DNA from: Octopus bimaculoides
Taxonomy: Eukaryota
Assembly: GCF_001194135.2 (NCBI RefSeq)
Contig: NC_068989.1
Span: 8,239,101-8,278,566 of the forward strand
Reading direction: 5' to 3'
Length of the DNA stretch: 39,466 bases
The notes under the pieces were generated by a model, which had not been told where the DNA came from, searched no databases, and was given only the letters and a program-made list of their open reading frames with translations. Of the stretch, positions 38,005 to 39,466 are shown piece after piece. Position 1 is the stretch's first letter. Each line of letters opens with the position of its first letter. The position numbers and the translations under genes are program-made.

Positions 38005-38620
38005 TAGATAGATAGATACCCAGCTAGACATATATATATATATATAAACAATATATGAGTATATGCATATATATGTACATGTATGTATGTACGTTCATCT
38101 ACATGTACATATAGATACATAACTGGGTACATGACGTGGCAAAAGAACGAGGACAAAAATGGTAAACAAGGTGCAACAAACAAGCAGGCCACATAGAAAC
38201 ATCCCCTTCATCAGCTGCCACCATTAAAACTCCGGCGTTTCGAAGAATTACACGACGAGCATCTTTGTGTTCCCGTCTACCAAATCCTCTCACAAAGCGC
38301 TTTGGTTGGCCAGCATCTATTCTAAGAGACGCTATCCCAGGTTGTGTACTTGAGTGAAGTGTGGAACTCACTACTGAGCCTGATTGTGAGTGAGTGTCGC
38401 ACTTTACTCCCCCTCTTTCTTCACAGAGACACACGCACACGCACACACAAGCAAACATACACAAATATACGTGTACACAAACATATATACACATAGATAA
38501 ATATAATGTATATTTGTATGTATGTATATCTATCTATCTATATACACATAGATAGATACACACATTATTATTATCATTAATATTCTACTTCTTATTATTA
38601 TTATGATCATTGTTGTTGTA

Positions 38621-38783
38621 TTTCGTCTGCTGCTACGTTCTGAGATCAATTTCCGCCGAGGTCGACTTCGCCTTTCATCCTTTCGGGGTCAATAAATGAA
38701 GTACCAATGAAACACTTGGTTCAATGTAATCGACTTGTCCCCTCCCCTCAAAATGGCTGCCTTTGTGGCAAAATTTGAAACCA
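38621..38783 (+). mobile_element. 5'-truncated SINE ending in an (ATT)n tail
   Basis: TACGTTCTGAGATCAATTTCCGCCGAGGTCGACTTCGCCTTTCATCCTTTCGGGGTC, followed by an ATT microsatellite (38783-38846). Confidence 0.85.
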
Positions 38784-38798
38784 TTATTATTATTATCA

Positions 38799-38829
<31 letters not shown>

Positions 38830-38845
38830 GATTATTATTATTATT

Positions 38846-39075
38846 AAGGCGACGAGCTGGCATAATGTTTAGCACGCTGGACGAAATGCTTAGCGATATT
38901 TCATTTGCCGTTACGTTCTGAGTTCAAATTCCGCCGAGGTCGACTTTGCCTTTCATCCTTTCAAGGTCGATAAAATTAGTACCAGCTACGCACTTAGTAC
39001 CAGCTACGCACTTAGTACCAGCTACAGAATGTCTTTCCCCCCAAATTGAGGCCTTGTGCTTCCAGTAGAAAGGAT
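38846..39075 (+). mobile_element. Near full-length tRNA-derived SINE with an internal 18-bp triplication
   Basis: Head AAGGCGACGAGCTGGCATAATGTTTAGCACGCTGG, B-box GTTCAAATTCC, TTAGTACCAGCTACGCAC repeated at 38976, 38994 and (partially) 39012, and an ATT-type tail. Confidence 0.85.
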
Positions 39076-39306
39076 TATTATTTTTATTGATAGTTGTTCT
39101 TCACGCACCGAGCTGGCCTTATCGCTTTCGTTCCAAACAAAGTGCTGACCAAAGTTTCGACTGTTTTTTGCATCCATATTTGTGATTCTACCGGGCTCTA
39201 CAAAATAACACCCAGTTGAACACTAGCGCTGATCCAATCGACTCACCAATTCCTCAAAATTTTAGGCCTTGTACCTATATTAGACAGGATTACTAGTGCC
39301 TGTTTT

Positions 39307-39341
<35 letters not shown>

Positions 39342-39433
39342 GTGACTGTATACTCAATGTTACACTTGCACTAGCACGCGCACAGAAAGGCGCAGGCACA
39401 AGAGTAAAACATATATACATTTACAGATAAATT

Positions 39434-39466
<33 letters not shown>

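Overview
This is AT-rich, intron-like eukaryotic DNA. It is dense in di-, tri- and tetranucleotide microsatellites and has 15 N-gaps, almost all next to simple repeats. The tRNA-derived SINE families resemble those I recall from octopus genomes, so a coleoid cephalopod origin is likely but unverified. Nearly all long ORFs in the supplied track are artefacts of microsatellites and N-gaps. Supported content includes about ten SINE copies, a MITE-like element with a nested SINE, a 581-bp foldback with 260-bp arms, a decayed HERO-type non-LTR retrotransposon 3' end, orphan Tigger/pogo-type ends and a Penelope-type minimal hammerhead ribozyme motif. No gene can be named. There are splice-bounded candidate exons: one good one on + (10492-10626) and a phase-compatible chain of four on - (23471-23234, 17628-17464, 11843-11731, 869-594). 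One exon of that chain carries a single in-frame UAG that could be a poison codon or an A-to-I-edited Trp codon. All gene models are by-eye inferences that need RNA-seq or homology support.
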